Below are positions 53,132-62,072 of a DNA stretch of 64,000 nt, one piece after another. The notes under the pieces were generated by a model, which was not told the DNA's origin, did not search any database, and saw nothing but the letters and a program-made list of their open reading frames with translations. Each line of letters opens with the position of its first letter. The stretch's first letter is position 1. Source of the stretch: Pseudomonadota bacterium (GTDB taxonomy: Bacteria; Desulfobacterota; Binatia; UBA1149); the NCBI GenBank assembly GCA_014382245.1, contig JACNKC010000048.1, forward strand, positions 2,032-66,031. Reading direction: 5' to 3'. Both the position numbers and the translations under genes were made by a program.

Positions 53132-54649
53132 GTGTATTCTCTCGCGACCGTCATGGACGCCGCCCCCGAGATAGAATCTTCCCCGGACGCCGGGCCCTCG
53201 CAGTTGCCAGCGAACGGGCTCGTGGCATTCGTCAAGCGCGACTGCCCTACCTGCGAGCTCGTCGGGCCGGTGCTGGCCGAGCTGGCCGCCGCCGCAAAAA
53301 CATCTGCCAGCCCACTCACGGTTTACAGCCAGGACGATCCGTCGTTTCCCGAGGGCCTGCACCCGCGCGACGACCGCGAGCTGGCGGCCTCCTGGCGCAA
53401 CAAGATCGAAACCGTGCCCACGCTGCTGCGCCTGGACGACGGCCGTGAAACCGGCCGCGTGGTGGGCTGGCATCGCGCAGAGTGGCAAGAGCTTACGGGC
53501 GTTACGCGGCTTGGCGAGGCCCTGCCCGATAGCCGACCCGGTTGCGGCTCGCTGTCGGTCGATCCCGCGCGCGAGTCGCAACTCAGGGCGCGTTTTGAAA
53601 GCGGCCGCCTGTCGGCACGACGAGTTCAACTCGCCGAACTCGAAGACGAGTTCGAGCTGGCCCACGAGCGCGGTTGGAGCGACGGCCTTCCCGTCGTGCC
53701 GCCCACCGAGCGACGCGTGCTCGACATGCTCGAGGGTACTGAACGCGACCCCGCCGAGATCGTGGCCACGGTGCCGCCTGACCTCGTTGACTGCACGGTA
53801 GAAAAAGTAGCCATCAACGCTGTCATGGCAGGCTGCCGACCCGAGTACCTGCCGGTAGTGCTGGCCGCCGTTGAAGCCGTGTGCAGCGACGAGTTCAACA
53901 TGCACGGCGTGCTGGCCACGACCATGGGCGTTGGCCCTGTCTTGATCGTCAACGGCCCGCTGCGCCGCCGCATAAACATGAACTCCGGCGTCAACGTGCT
54001 CGGCCAGGGCAACCGCGCCAACGCGACCATCGGCCGCGCCCTGCAACTGGTCATCCGCAACGTGGGCGGCGGCCGCCCCGACGGGGTAGACCGCGCGACC
54101 TACGGCAACCCCGGCAAGCTGGGGCTGTGTTTTGCCGAGGGTGAAGAAGACTCGCCGTGGCAGTCGCTGGCCGTTGACCGTGGCTTCGACCCCTCGGCGA
54201 ACACCGTCACCGTGTTTACCGGCGAGGCGCCGCGCACGGTGGTCGACCAGCTGTCGCGCGAACCCGGGTCGCTGGCGCGCTCGCTGGCCGCCGGCCTCAT
54301 GGGCGTGCTACATCCCAAGCTGGGTTTCTTCATGGACGCCATGCTGGTCATCGGCCCTGAGCACGCGCGCGTGTTTGCCGACGCGGGTTGGGGCAAGCAG
54401 CAACTCATCGACCGCCTGCACGAGCTCACCACCGTGCCGGCCAGCGAAATGAGCCGCGGCACGGGTGGCATTGAAGAGGGCCTGCCGCTGCCCGCCGAAA
54501 TGGCCGACCAGCCCGTGGGTAAGTTCGTGCCGGGTGCGCTGCACCTGGTTTTTGCCGGCGGCGGCGCGGGGCTTTTCTCGGTCGTCATCGGCGGCTGGCT
54601 CAACGGCGACGCGGGCAGCCGCATGACCACGAGGGAGATAGGCAGATGA
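53132..54649 (+). CDS. Thioredoxin-fold (CPTC) N-terminal domain fused to a large conserved domain of unknown function
   Basis: Has VAFVKRDCPTCELVGPVL, followed by about 380 aa with no family I can name. An alternative start is the ATG at 53153. Its stop overlaps the next ATG (ATGA). Confidence 0.55.
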   Translation: MYSLATVMDAAPEIESSPDAGPSQLPANGLVAFVKRDCPTCELVGPVLAELAAAAKTSASPLTVYSQDDPSFPEGLHPRDDRELAASWRNKIETVPTLLRLDDGRETGRVVGWHRAEWQELTGVTRLGEALPDSRPGCGSLSVDPARESQLRARFESGRLSARRVQLAELEDEFELAHERGWSDGLPVVPPTERRVLDMLEGTERDPAEIVATVPPDLVDCTVEKVAINAVMAGCRPEYLPVVLAAVEAVCSDEFNMHGVLATTMGVGPVLIVNGPLRRRINMNSGVNVLGQGNRANATIGRALQLVIRNVGGGRPDGVDRATYGNPGKLGLCFAEGEEDSPWQSLAVDRGFDPSANTVTVFTGEAPRTVVDQLSREPGSLARSLAAGLMGVLHPKLGFFMDAMLVIGPEHARVFADAGWGKQQLIDRLHELTTVPASEMSRGTGGIEEGLPLPAEMADQPVGKFVPGALHLVFAGGGAGLFSVVIGGWLNGDAGSRMTTREIGR

Positions 54650-55179
54650 ACGAAGAACAAACGGCCACGCGAACCATACTCGACCCGGGTAACGAGCGCG
54701 TCCCGGGGCAGCGACCGGCCGCGCCCAGGCTCGGTGGCATCGAGGGCCGAACGGTCGGCCTGCTCGATATTTCCAAGCCCCGCGGCGACGTCTTTCTCAA
54801 CACCCTCGAGGCGCTGCTAACGGAGCGCGGCGCGCGCGTGCTGCGCTACGCCAAGCCCACCTTCACCAAGCCCGCGCCGGTGGACCTGAGGCAGAAGATC
54901 GCCGTGGAGTGCGAGGCCGTCGTGGAGGCCCTGGCCGATTGAGGCAGCTGCACGACGTGCAGTGTGCACGACATCGCAGATCTTGAATCACGCGGCATCC
55001 CGGGCGTATACGTGGCCACGGTGGAGTTTGAGCAGGCCGGTCATGGGCAGGCCGCGGCGCTGGGCGCGACCGAGGCCGGCGTGTTCGTGGCCCACCCGGT
55101 ACAGGATCGCAGCGACGAAGAAATGAAAGAGATGGCCAGGCTCGCAGTCGATGGCCTGATGGGGAGAATAACAGGATGA
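54646..55179 (+). CDS. Putative selenoprotein with an in-frame UGA (54940-54942) in a U-G-S-C motif
   Basis: The tracked ORFs 54646..54942 and 54964..55179 are in the same frame and separated only by a TGA. Read-through gives ...VVEALAD-U-GSCTTCSVHDIADLESRGIPGVYV.... Hairpins follow the TGA, and both ends are translationally coupled to neighbouring genes. Confidence 0.6.
54947..54970 (+). other. Candidate bacterial SECIS hairpin(s) downstream of the in-frame UGA
   Basis: GCTGCAC-GAC-GTGCAGT spans 54947-54963. An alternative hairpin, CGTGCA-GTG-TGCACG, spans 54956-54970 with a G-containing apical loop about 20 nt after the UGA. Confidence 0.35.
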
Positions 55180-56204
55180 CACAAACAGCGCCTTACACGT
55201 TGATTGACCCGCTTCTCGGTGACTCGGAGGCCGCCGAGCTGCTCGAGCTGTTCGAGCGTTTTGGCAGCTACGGCATGTACTCAGAGGAAGGCCTGAACGA
55301 GGGCATAGGCGAGGGCCTGCCGCAGCGGTTCGACGCGGCGTTCAACTTCGTCAACACCGGCGGACGTTTTGGCCGCCACGAGGAGCTCGAGGTACTCGTG
55401 GCGCGCACCAACTACTTTCGCGAAACCTACTGCTACGGCGACGAGGTGGCGGCACCCGGCATAGAAATAATGCGCGATCATCCCGCGCTCATCGAGGCCG
55501 CGCGCAAACTGTACGGCCACGACGTGATCGTGCCGGCCATAGTGTACGCCAACGTACTCGTGCCGGGGCAGGAGCTTGCCGTGCACACCGACGTGCCCGA
55601 GTTCCGCGGCGCCAACCGCAAGACCAACCCCGAGTGGCTGCTGGTGGTGATGCACCACAGCGGCTTGTTCGAACAGTGGCGCATGCCTATCGCCACCGCC
55701 GTGGCCTGGTTCCAGCGCGCCGAGGGCGGTGAGTTCGCGTTCTACCCCCGCGGCGCCGGGGGCGGCCCGAGCACGGTGCCGGCCTCGTTCAACACCGCGG
55801 TGGTCATAGACACCGACTCGGTGTTTCACGGCGTGGACCGCGTGCGCCAGACCACGGTCGAAATGCCCCTGCTCAAGCCGGGCATGCGCATGGTGAGCGA
55901 TGGCCCTGGTACGCAACGCTGGCGCGTTAAGACCGAAGACGGTGAGCTGGCGGCGTGGGACTTCGACGAGATCAGGCTGTCGATTTCCTGGAAGGCTTAC
56001 TGCTTTGCCGACCAGGCCGAGCGGCAGGCCTGGGTCGACGGCAGCGACGACATCGATCTCGATACAATACTCGACACGCTGCTCGACGATCTGCGCGGTC
56101 GCGGCCGCCTTAAAGGAGACCGCCCCGGGTCGAACCAGGACCTGGCCGAAATGCTGGTGGACGAGTACATAAAGTTTCCGCCCGCTGAGCAGGTGGCGGC
56201 CTGA
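55176..56204 (+). CDS. Hypothetical protein, possible non-haem Fe(II) oxygenase fold
   Basis: Has H-x-D (AVHTDVPEF) and a distal His (VFHGVDRV). No family was recognised with confidence. Its ATG overlaps the upstream stop. Confidence 0.45.
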   Translation: MTQTAPYTLIDPLLGDSEAAELLELFERFGSYGMYSEEGLNEGIGEGLPQRFDAAFNFVNTGGRFGRHEELEVLVARTNYFRETYCYGDEVAAPGIEIMRDHPALIEAARKLYGHDVIVPAIVYANVLVPGQELAVHTDVPEFRGANRKTNPEWLLVVMHHSGLFEQWRMPIATAVAWFQRAEGGEFAFYPRGAGGGPSTVPASFNTAVVIDTDSVFHGVDRVRQTTVEMPLLKPGMRMVSDGPGTQRWRVKTEDGELAAWDFDEIRLSISWKAYCFADQAERQAWVDGSDDIDLDTILDTLLDDLRGRGRLKGDRPGSNQDLAEMLVDEYIKFPPAEQVAA

Positions 56205-56229
56205 GCTAACCTGCGAGGAGTGTCCCGAT

Positions 56230-57132
56230 ATGCCTGAACTCGAAGTAAGACACCTTCCCGCCGACTCGGCGCCCGAAGACATAGCCGCCCGCCTGGCCGA
56301 AGACGGCGCGGTGGTCATAGACAAGCTCGTCGATGACGCCAGCATGGACCGCCTGGCCGATGAACTGGCGCCGGCAATGAAGGCCTCGCGTACCGGCCCC
56401 GACGAGTTCTCGGGTCACAGCACCCGCCGCACGGGAGCGCTGATAGCCCATTCCCAGGCCGCGCGTGAGCTGGTCATGAACGAGAAAATCCTGGCCACCG
56501 TGGGCAAGGTGCTGGGCCACGCAACCAATTTCCAGTTGCACCTGACGCAGATCATCGCCATCGGTCCGGGTGGCGAGGCGCAGCCGGTACACCGCGACCA
56601 GTGGGCCTTCGACTTTTTTCCTTTCCCCGACGGTTACGAAGTGCAGTGCAATACCATCTGGGCGATGACCGATTTCACCGAAAAAAACGGCGCTACCCGG
56701 GTCGTGCCGGGTAGTCACCGTGCCGGTGACGGCCGTCGTTACGAACTCGAGGACACCGTGCCGGCCACCATGCAACGCGGCTCGGTGCTGCTGTACACCG
56801 GCAGCGTCTACCACGGCGGTGGCAACAACAAGTCCGACGCCACGCGCTGCGGGGTCAACATAACTTACAACCTGGCGTGGCTCAGGCAGGAAGAGAACCA
56901 GTACCTGTCGGTGCCAACGGAAATAGCCCGCGAGCTGCCCGACGACCTGCTGAGGGTGATGGGCTACGCGCGCGGTGCCTACGCGCTGGGTTACGTGGGC
57001 AACCTGGAAGACCCTCTCAAGGCGCTGCGCGGCGAACACGCCACGGTCGAAAGCACCGGCCTGGGCACCTACGAGCAGGCCATCGAGCGAGCCGAGAAAA
57101 TGCGCGCCGAGCCCTTGGGCAAGAGCGACTGA
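56230..57132 (+). CDS. Phytanoyl-CoA dioxygenase (PhyH) family Fe(II)/2-oxoglutarate oxygenase
   Basis: Has the HRDQW (H-x-D), TRVVPGSHR and YHGGGNN pattern typical of PhyH proteins. Confidence 0.8.
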   Translation: MPELEVRHLPADSAPEDIAARLAEDGAVVIDKLVDDASMDRLADELAPAMKASRTGPDEFSGHSTRRTGALIAHSQAARELVMNEKILATVGKVLGHATNFQLHLTQIIAIGPGGEAQPVHRDQWAFDFFPFPDGYEVQCNTIWAMTDFTEKNGATRVVPGSHRAGDGRRYELEDTVPATMQRGSVLLYTGSVYHGGGNNKSDATRCGVNITYNLAWLRQEENQYLSVPTEIARELPDDLLRVMGYARGAYALGYVGNLEDPLKALRGEHATVESTGLGTYEQAIERAEKMRAEPLGKSD

Positions 57133-57152
57133 GCGGGCGGCCGGGCCTGCCT

Positions 57153-58232
57153 ATGAAAGTCGGAATCGCTGTAATCGAGGGCTACAGCTTCACCGATCAT
57201 CCGGTTGAGCTGGGCACCGCGGGACTGGCCGAGGCCGCCGCCAGGGCCGAGCAGCTTGGCTTCGACGTTCTCATCTCGCCCGAGACCGCCGGCCACGATC
57301 CGTTCTTTCCGCTGGTGCTGGCCGCCGAGCACACCAGCCGCATTGAGTTGGCCACCGGTGTCGCGGTTTCGTTTCCGCGCGCGCCCATGGTGGTGGCCCA
57401 GTCGGCCTGGGACCTGCAGCGTTTTTCGGGAGGGCGCTTTACTCTCGGACTGGGCACGCAGGTGAAGGGCCACAACGAGCGGCGCTACGGCGTGCCCTGG
57501 ACCGGCGCGCCCGGCCCGCGCATGCGCGAGTACCTCGACTGCCTGCGTGCAATTTTTTACACCTTTCAGCACCCCGATGACCCGCGTTACTTCGAGGGCG
57601 AGCATTATCGTTTTACCCTGGCCGCCGAGGTGTTCATGGCCGCGCCACTCGAGCACCCGCGTATCCCCTTGCAGATAGCGGCGGTCAACCGCTACATGCT
57701 CGGCCTGGCCGGCGAAGTCTGTGACTCGGTGTTCGTGCATCCCTGTTGCACGCCGCGCTACCTGCGCGAAGTCGTGCTGCCCACGGTGGCCGAAGGCGCG
57801 CAACGTGTCGGTCGTAGCGCAGGCGAAGTGGCGGTGGTGGGCGCGCCCATCGTGGTGACGGCCGACAACGAAGAGGACATGGCCCGCGAGCGCGTGCTGC
57901 TCAAGCGGCGCGTGGCGTTCTACGGCTCAACGCGCTCCTACCACCGCGTGTTCGAAGTCGAGGGAGTACTCGATCTCGCCGAGCAACTGCACGAGATGTC
58001 GCGTGAGAAACGCTGGCGCGAAATGGAAGAGCTTGTGCCCGACGACGTGGCCGATCTCTTCGGCTGCATATCGCCGCCCGACGCCGGCGCCGACGACCTC
58101 GCCGAGCAGCTCAGGGCGAGCTGGGGCGGCCTGCTCGACGTGCTCAACCTGCCCAGCGACTTCCCCCTGGCCGGCGCCAGGGCCGAGCAGCGCGCAGCTG
58201 ATCTCCTCGCGGCCCTGCACGCGGCGGGCTGA
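57153..58232 (+). CDS. LLM oxidoreductase, F420-dependent-type subgroup (paralogue of 46253..47323)
   Basis: The start is set at the ATG at 57153. It shares long blocks with the other copy (LGLGTQVKGHNERRYG, PGPRMREYLDCLRAI). Confidence 0.75.
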   Translation: MKVGIAVIEGYSFTDHPVELGTAGLAEAAARAEQLGFDVLISPETAGHDPFFPLVLAAEHTSRIELATGVAVSFPRAPMVVAQSAWDLQRFSGGRFTLGLGTQVKGHNERRYGVPWTGAPGPRMREYLDCLRAIFYTFQHPDDPRYFEGEHYRFTLAAEVFMAAPLEHPRIPLQIAAVNRYMLGLAGEVCDSVFVHPCCTPRYLREVVLPTVAEGAQRVGRSAGEVAVVGAPIVVTADNEEDMARERVLLKRRVAFYGSTRSYHRVFEVEGVLDLAEQLHEMSREKRWREMEELVPDDVADLFGCISPPDAGADDLAEQLRASWGGLLDVLNLPSDFPLAGARAEQRAADLLAALHAAG

Positions 58233-58289
58233 GGGCGGGCCTGGTGGCAGACTGGCGTTCACCCGGACTCCTTGCTACTAGAACGCTAC

Positions 58290-58303
58290 TAGAACACGTT
58301 CTA
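58290..58303. promoter_or_regulatory. Palindromic operator candidate TAGAACACGTTCTA upstream of the crotonase gene
   Basis: Fits TnnAACnnGTTnnA exactly. It is preceded by a direct copy of CTACTAGAAC (58275-58284) and lies about 40 nt upstream of the GTG start at 58341. Confidence 0.5.
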
Positions 58304-58340
58304 CCCGTCGGTCGGCAGGGCAAACAGGGGGAGCAAAGCG

Positions 58341-59171
58341 GTGGCAGACGACAGCTATAAGTACCAGGCCCAGGGCGGTGTCGGCGTCATCACGCTCAAC
58401 CGGCCGAAAAAACTCAACCCCATCGACTGGGATCTGAGCGAAGCCCTTTGCGGGCTGTTCCGCCGACTGCGCGAGGACGACGACATCCGCGCCATCGTTC
58501 TCACCGGCGCCGGCCGCGGTTTTTCGGCAGGCGGCGACGCCGAGTGGCTCAGCGGCAAGGCCGAGCGCGTTATACCCGGCATCTCACCGCGCGAGCGCGA
58601 GCAGGACATGCCGCGCTACCAGCGCAAGACCCCGGTGGGCCCTATAGGCGAGGTGATTCGCTGGATTTTTGATGTCGACAAGCCGGTTATCGCGGCCCTG
58701 CACGGGCCGGTGATGGGCGCCGGCCTGGCCTTCGCACTGGCCTGCGACCGTCGCTTTGCCGATCCCAGCACCCAGATGTGTGCTGCCATGGTGCGGCTTG
58801 GTTTTGCCCCCGACTGCGGCGTGTCGTGGCTGCTGCCGCGCGTGACCAGCCTGTCGACTTCGCTGCGCATGGTAACCACGGGCGACATCCTGCTCGCCGA
58901 CGAGTGCAAGGCCGAGGGTTTGATAGACGAACTGGTAGAGGAGGGCGGCGCACTTGAAGCCGCCACCGCCTACGCGGCGAGATACGCCCAGGCACCGGCC
59001 GTGGGCGTTGAGCTGGCCCGCCGTTTTGTGCACCGCTCGCTGACCGCGCGCCTCGACGAGATGATAGAGTACGAGGCCGCGCACGCGGTGTTGTCGGCGC
59101 ATACGCACGACGCACCGGAGGGCACTTCGGCTTTTGTTGAAAAACGCAAGCCGGGCTTCAAGGGACACTGA
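58341..59171 (+). CDS. Enoyl-CoA hydratase/isomerase family protein
   Basis: Has GFSAGGD, VMGAGLAFALACD and a C-terminal EGTSAFVEKRKP. Confidence 0.85.
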   Translation: MADDSYKYQAQGGVGVITLNRPKKLNPIDWDLSEALCGLFRRLREDDDIRAIVLTGAGRGFSAGGDAEWLSGKAERVIPGISPREREQDMPRYQRKTPVGPIGEVIRWIFDVDKPVIAALHGPVMGAGLAFALACDRRFADPSTQMCAAMVRLGFAPDCGVSWLLPRVTSLSTSLRMVTTGDILLADECKAEGLIDELVEEGGALEAATAYAARYAQAPAVGVELARRFVHRSLTARLDEMIEYEAAHAVLSAHTHDAPEGTSAFVEKRKPGFKGH

Positions 59172-59192
59172 CGTAAAGGAGAACAAACGACT

Positions 59193-59501
59193 ATGGCTGA
59201 ACTCAAGGCTGGGACCCGCTTGCAGAGCGCGGTCTGTGACAGCGAGGTAATGGTGATCTCGGCACCGGCGGGTGACGCCGACCTTGCTTGTGGTGGCTCG
59301 TCAATGATCGCGATGGACGCCGACAAGTCGGGCGGCGCTCCCGACGCGGCGCAGTCCGACGGCACGCAGCTGGGCAAGCGCTACGTCAACGAGGCCGGCG
59401 ACCTGGAGCTGCTCTGCACCAAGCCGGGCGCGGGTTCGTTGTCGTTGGCCGCCGAGACCCTGGTGCTTAAAGAAGCCAAGCCGCTGCCGAGCTCTGACTG
59501 A
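59193..59501 (+). CDS. Small conserved hypothetical protein
   Basis: 102 aa with an AAGGAGA RBS and host-like codon usage. The LGKRY...LLCTKPG...AKPLPSSD pattern is recalled from small ORFs next to acyl-CoA ligases. Confidence 0.5.
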   Translation: MAELKAGTRLQSAVCDSEVMVISAPAGDADLACGGSSMIAMDADKSGGAPDAAQSDGTQLGKRYVNEAGDLELLCTKPGAGSLSLAAETLVLKEAKPLPSSD

Positions 59502-59537
59502 AGGCGGCCGCGTTTCGCGCGGCGGGACTGTATCAAG

Positions 59538-61055
59538 ATGAACATCACTATGCTGCTGGAGATGGCCTCGTCGGGTTTTGCCGACCGCGTGGCGGTGCAG
59601 GAGGGCGACCGTGCGTTGACCTACGGGCAGTTGTTCGCGGCTGCCGGTTCGGCTGCGCGCTGCTTGCGCGAAAGCGGCGCTGAGCACCTGGCGTTGCTCG
59701 ACAGCAGCAGCCCGGCAGTGGCGGTGGCCCTGTTCGCATCGGCATGGGCGGGCGTGCCCTACGTGCCCCTTAACTATCGCCTTACGGGAGACGAGCTCGA
59801 CTCCCTGCTCGAGCGCGTTACGCCCACCATGCTCGTGACCGACGCCGAGCGCGCGGCCGATCTTGCCGGGCGCGAAGGCATCACGGCGATCAGCAGCGCC
59901 GACTTTCTCGAGCAGTCGGCCTCGGGCGAGCCCTTGGCCGAGCCCTGGGCAATGGACGGCGACGACATCGCCATTCTTCTTTTTACCAGCGGCACCACCG
60001 GCGCTCCCAAGGCCGCCGTGCTCAGGCATCGCCATCTTGTCAGTTACATTTTCAGCTCGGTTGAGTTCGGCGGCGCGGCCGACAGCGACGCCGCGCTGGT
60101 GAGCGTGCCGCCCTACCACGTAGCCGGGGTGGCCTCGCTGCTGAGCTCGGTCTACTCGGCGCGGCGGGTCGTGCAGCTGCCCGCCTTTTCGGCCGCCGAG
60201 TGGCTGCGGCTGGCCCGCGAGCAGCAGGTGACCAACGCTTTCGTGGTACCGACGATGTTGTCGCGCATCGTCGAGGAGCTCGAGAACAACGGCGCCAGCG
60301 ACCCAGGCCTGCCCGCGCTGGCCGCGTTGAGTTACGGCGGCGGCAAGATGCCCCTGGCGGTCATAGAAAAGGCCATGCGGTTTTTCCCTGGCACTGGTTT
60401 CACCAACGCCTATGGTCTGACCGAAACCAGTTCGACGATTACCCTGCTCGATCCCGACGACCATCGCAGTGCCTCGGCGAGCGACGACGCGGCCGTGAAA
60501 CGACGCCTGGTGTCGGTGGGCCGCCCGCTTCCCGGTGTCGAGTTGCAGGTGCGCAACGACGAAGGCGCGACCCTGGGCGCCAACGAGTCGGGCGAGATCT
60601 ACGTGCGCGGCGAGCAGGTGTCGGGCGAGTACCTGGGCCTCGGCACGCGGGTGGAGGGAGACGGTTGGTTTCCTACCCGCGACGGCGGATCCATTGATGA
60701 AGAAGGTTATCTTTTCATAGAGGGGCGGGTTGACGACGTCATCGTGCGCGGCGGCGAGAACATGTCGCCCGGCGAGATAGAGGACGTGCTGCTCGAGCAC
60801 CCCTCGGTGGCCGACGTGGCCGTGGTCGGCGTGCCCAGCGTCGAGTGGGGCGAGGCCGTGGCCGCCATGGTGGTGGCGCGCGGCGAACACCCGGAAGTCG
60901 CCGACCTGCAGGCGCTGGTCAAGCAACGCCTGCGCTCGTCGCGCGTGCCCGGCCGCATAGAATTCATCAACGAGCTTCCCTACAACGAAACCGGCAAGCT
61001 GCTGCGCCGTCGTGTACGCGAGTTGCTGGCCGACAGCGCCGGGGTCGCTGAGTAG
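59538..61055 (+). CDS. Acyl-CoA synthetase (AMP-dependent synthetase/ligase)
   Basis: Has FTSGTTGAPKA, YGLTETS and GWFPTRDGG motifs and a C-terminal GKLLRR. Confidence 0.85.
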   Translation: MNITMLLEMASSGFADRVAVQEGDRALTYGQLFAAAGSAARCLRESGAEHLALLDSSSPAVAVALFASAWAGVPYVPLNYRLTGDELDSLLERVTPTMLVTDAERAADLAGREGITAISSADFLEQSASGEPLAEPWAMDGDDIAILLFTSGTTGAPKAAVLRHRHLVSYIFSSVEFGGAADSDAALVSVPPYHVAGVASLLSSVYSARRVVQLPAFSAAEWLRLAREQQVTNAFVVPTMLSRIVEELENNGASDPGLPALAALSYGGGKMPLAVIEKAMRFFPGTGFTNAYGLTETSSTITLLDPDDHRSASASDDAAVKRRLVSVGRPLPGVELQVRNDEGATLGANESGEIYVRGEQVSGEYLGLGTRVEGDGWFPTRDGGSIDEEGYLFIEGRVDDVIVRGGENMSPGEIEDVLLEHPSVADVAVVGVPSVEWGEAVAAMVVARGEHPEVADLQALVKQRLRSSRVPGRIEFINELPYNETGKLLRRRVRELLADSAGVAE

Positions 61056-61058
61056 CCG

Positions 61059-62072
61059 ATGCTGACCGCTGCCGAGGCGCTCGCGTGCCTGGCCGCACCC
61101 TCGTGGGCCGAGGATTGGTCGCCGCTCAACGGCAGCAGCCCGCTGGTCATTGACCTTGCAACGGCCGACCCGGCCTTGCCCTTGCCGCCTGCCGTTGCGC
61201 GCGCGTTGCGAGAGCTCGCCTGCGCGTCGGTTGCTTTCTGCCCGACCGTCCAGGCCGCCGACTCAGCGCTGGCACGGGCCGCGGATCTCGTGGTCATTGA
61301 CAGCGAGTCGCTGGCCACCGTAGAGGAGGCGGTTGCCCGCAACCCCATCGCTTCGTTGGTGCTCGTGCAGTCGTTGCGCGCCGAGGGCCACTCATTGCAC
61401 GAGGCACTGGTCGCGGAGTCGCTGGCCTATTCCACCCTGCAGGCCGGTCCCGAGTTTGCGCGCTGGCTCGCGCAGGCCGGCGAGGCTGCGCGTGGCAAGC
61501 CCACCGACGAGGGTGACATCACGGCGGCGGTCGAGGCGACGCGAGAGGGAGAGTTGCTCAGGCTTGAGCTCAATCGCCCGCAGCGCCACAACGCGTTCTC
61601 TACTGCCCTGCGCGACGCCCTGGCCGAGGCCCTGGCGGTGGTGGTGGCCGACGATTCTATAGGCCGCGTTGAGCTGCGCGGTCGTGGCCCGTGTTTTTCG
61701 AGCGGCGGTGACCTGGCCGAGTTCGGCACGCTGGATGATCCGGCAACTGCCCACGCGGTGCGAAGCACGCGCAACGTGGGCAGGTTGATGGCGGCTTGCG
61801 GCGACCGGGTGACAGCCTTCGTGCACGGTCACAACCTGGGCGCGGGTCTAGAGCTGCCGGCCTTTGCCGGCCGCGTGGTGGCCCGCGCCGACACGAGCTT
61901 CGCGTTACCCGAACTCCAGATGGGCCTGCTGCCGGGGGCCGGCGGCACAGCGAGCCTGCCCGCGCGCATAGGCCGACAGCGCACGGCCTGGCTGGCCTTG
62001 AGCGGGGTGACGATTACTGCCCAAACGGCACTGGACTGGGGATTGGTGGACGAAATATGCAACTGGGATTGA
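61059..62072 (+). CDS. Atypical crotonase-fold protein (degenerate half-domain followed by a truncated crotonase core)
   Basis: Residues about 160-337 carry NAFS...CFSSGGDL...GAGLELPAFA. The N-terminal 150 aa resemble only the distal part of a crotonase (ESLAYSTLQAGPEFARWL). Confidence 0.6.
   Translation: MLTAAEALACLAAPSWAEDWSPLNGSSPLVIDLATADPALPLPPAVARALRELACASVAFCPTVQAADSALARAADLVVIDSESLATVEEAVARNPIASLVLVQSLRAEGHSLHEALVAESLAYSTLQAGPEFARWLAQAGEAARGKPTDEGDITAAVEATREGELLRLELNRPQRHNAFSTALRDALAEALAVVVADDSIGRVELRGRGPCFSSGGDLAEFGTLDDPATAHAVRSTRNVGRLMAACGDRVTAFVHGHNLGAGLELPAFAGRVVARADTSFALPELQMGLLPGAGGTASLPARIGRQRTAWLALSGVTITAQTALDWGLVDEICNWD

Noticed and set aside
54943-55179. Treating 54964..55179 as an independent 71-aa gene and 54646..54942 as a complete 98-aa gene.
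   Set aside because: They share a frame with only a TGA between them, and the downstream part has no RBS. The U-G-S-C-x2-C context and hairpins after the TGA fit selenocysteine recoding better. The two-gene reading is kept open in would_refute.
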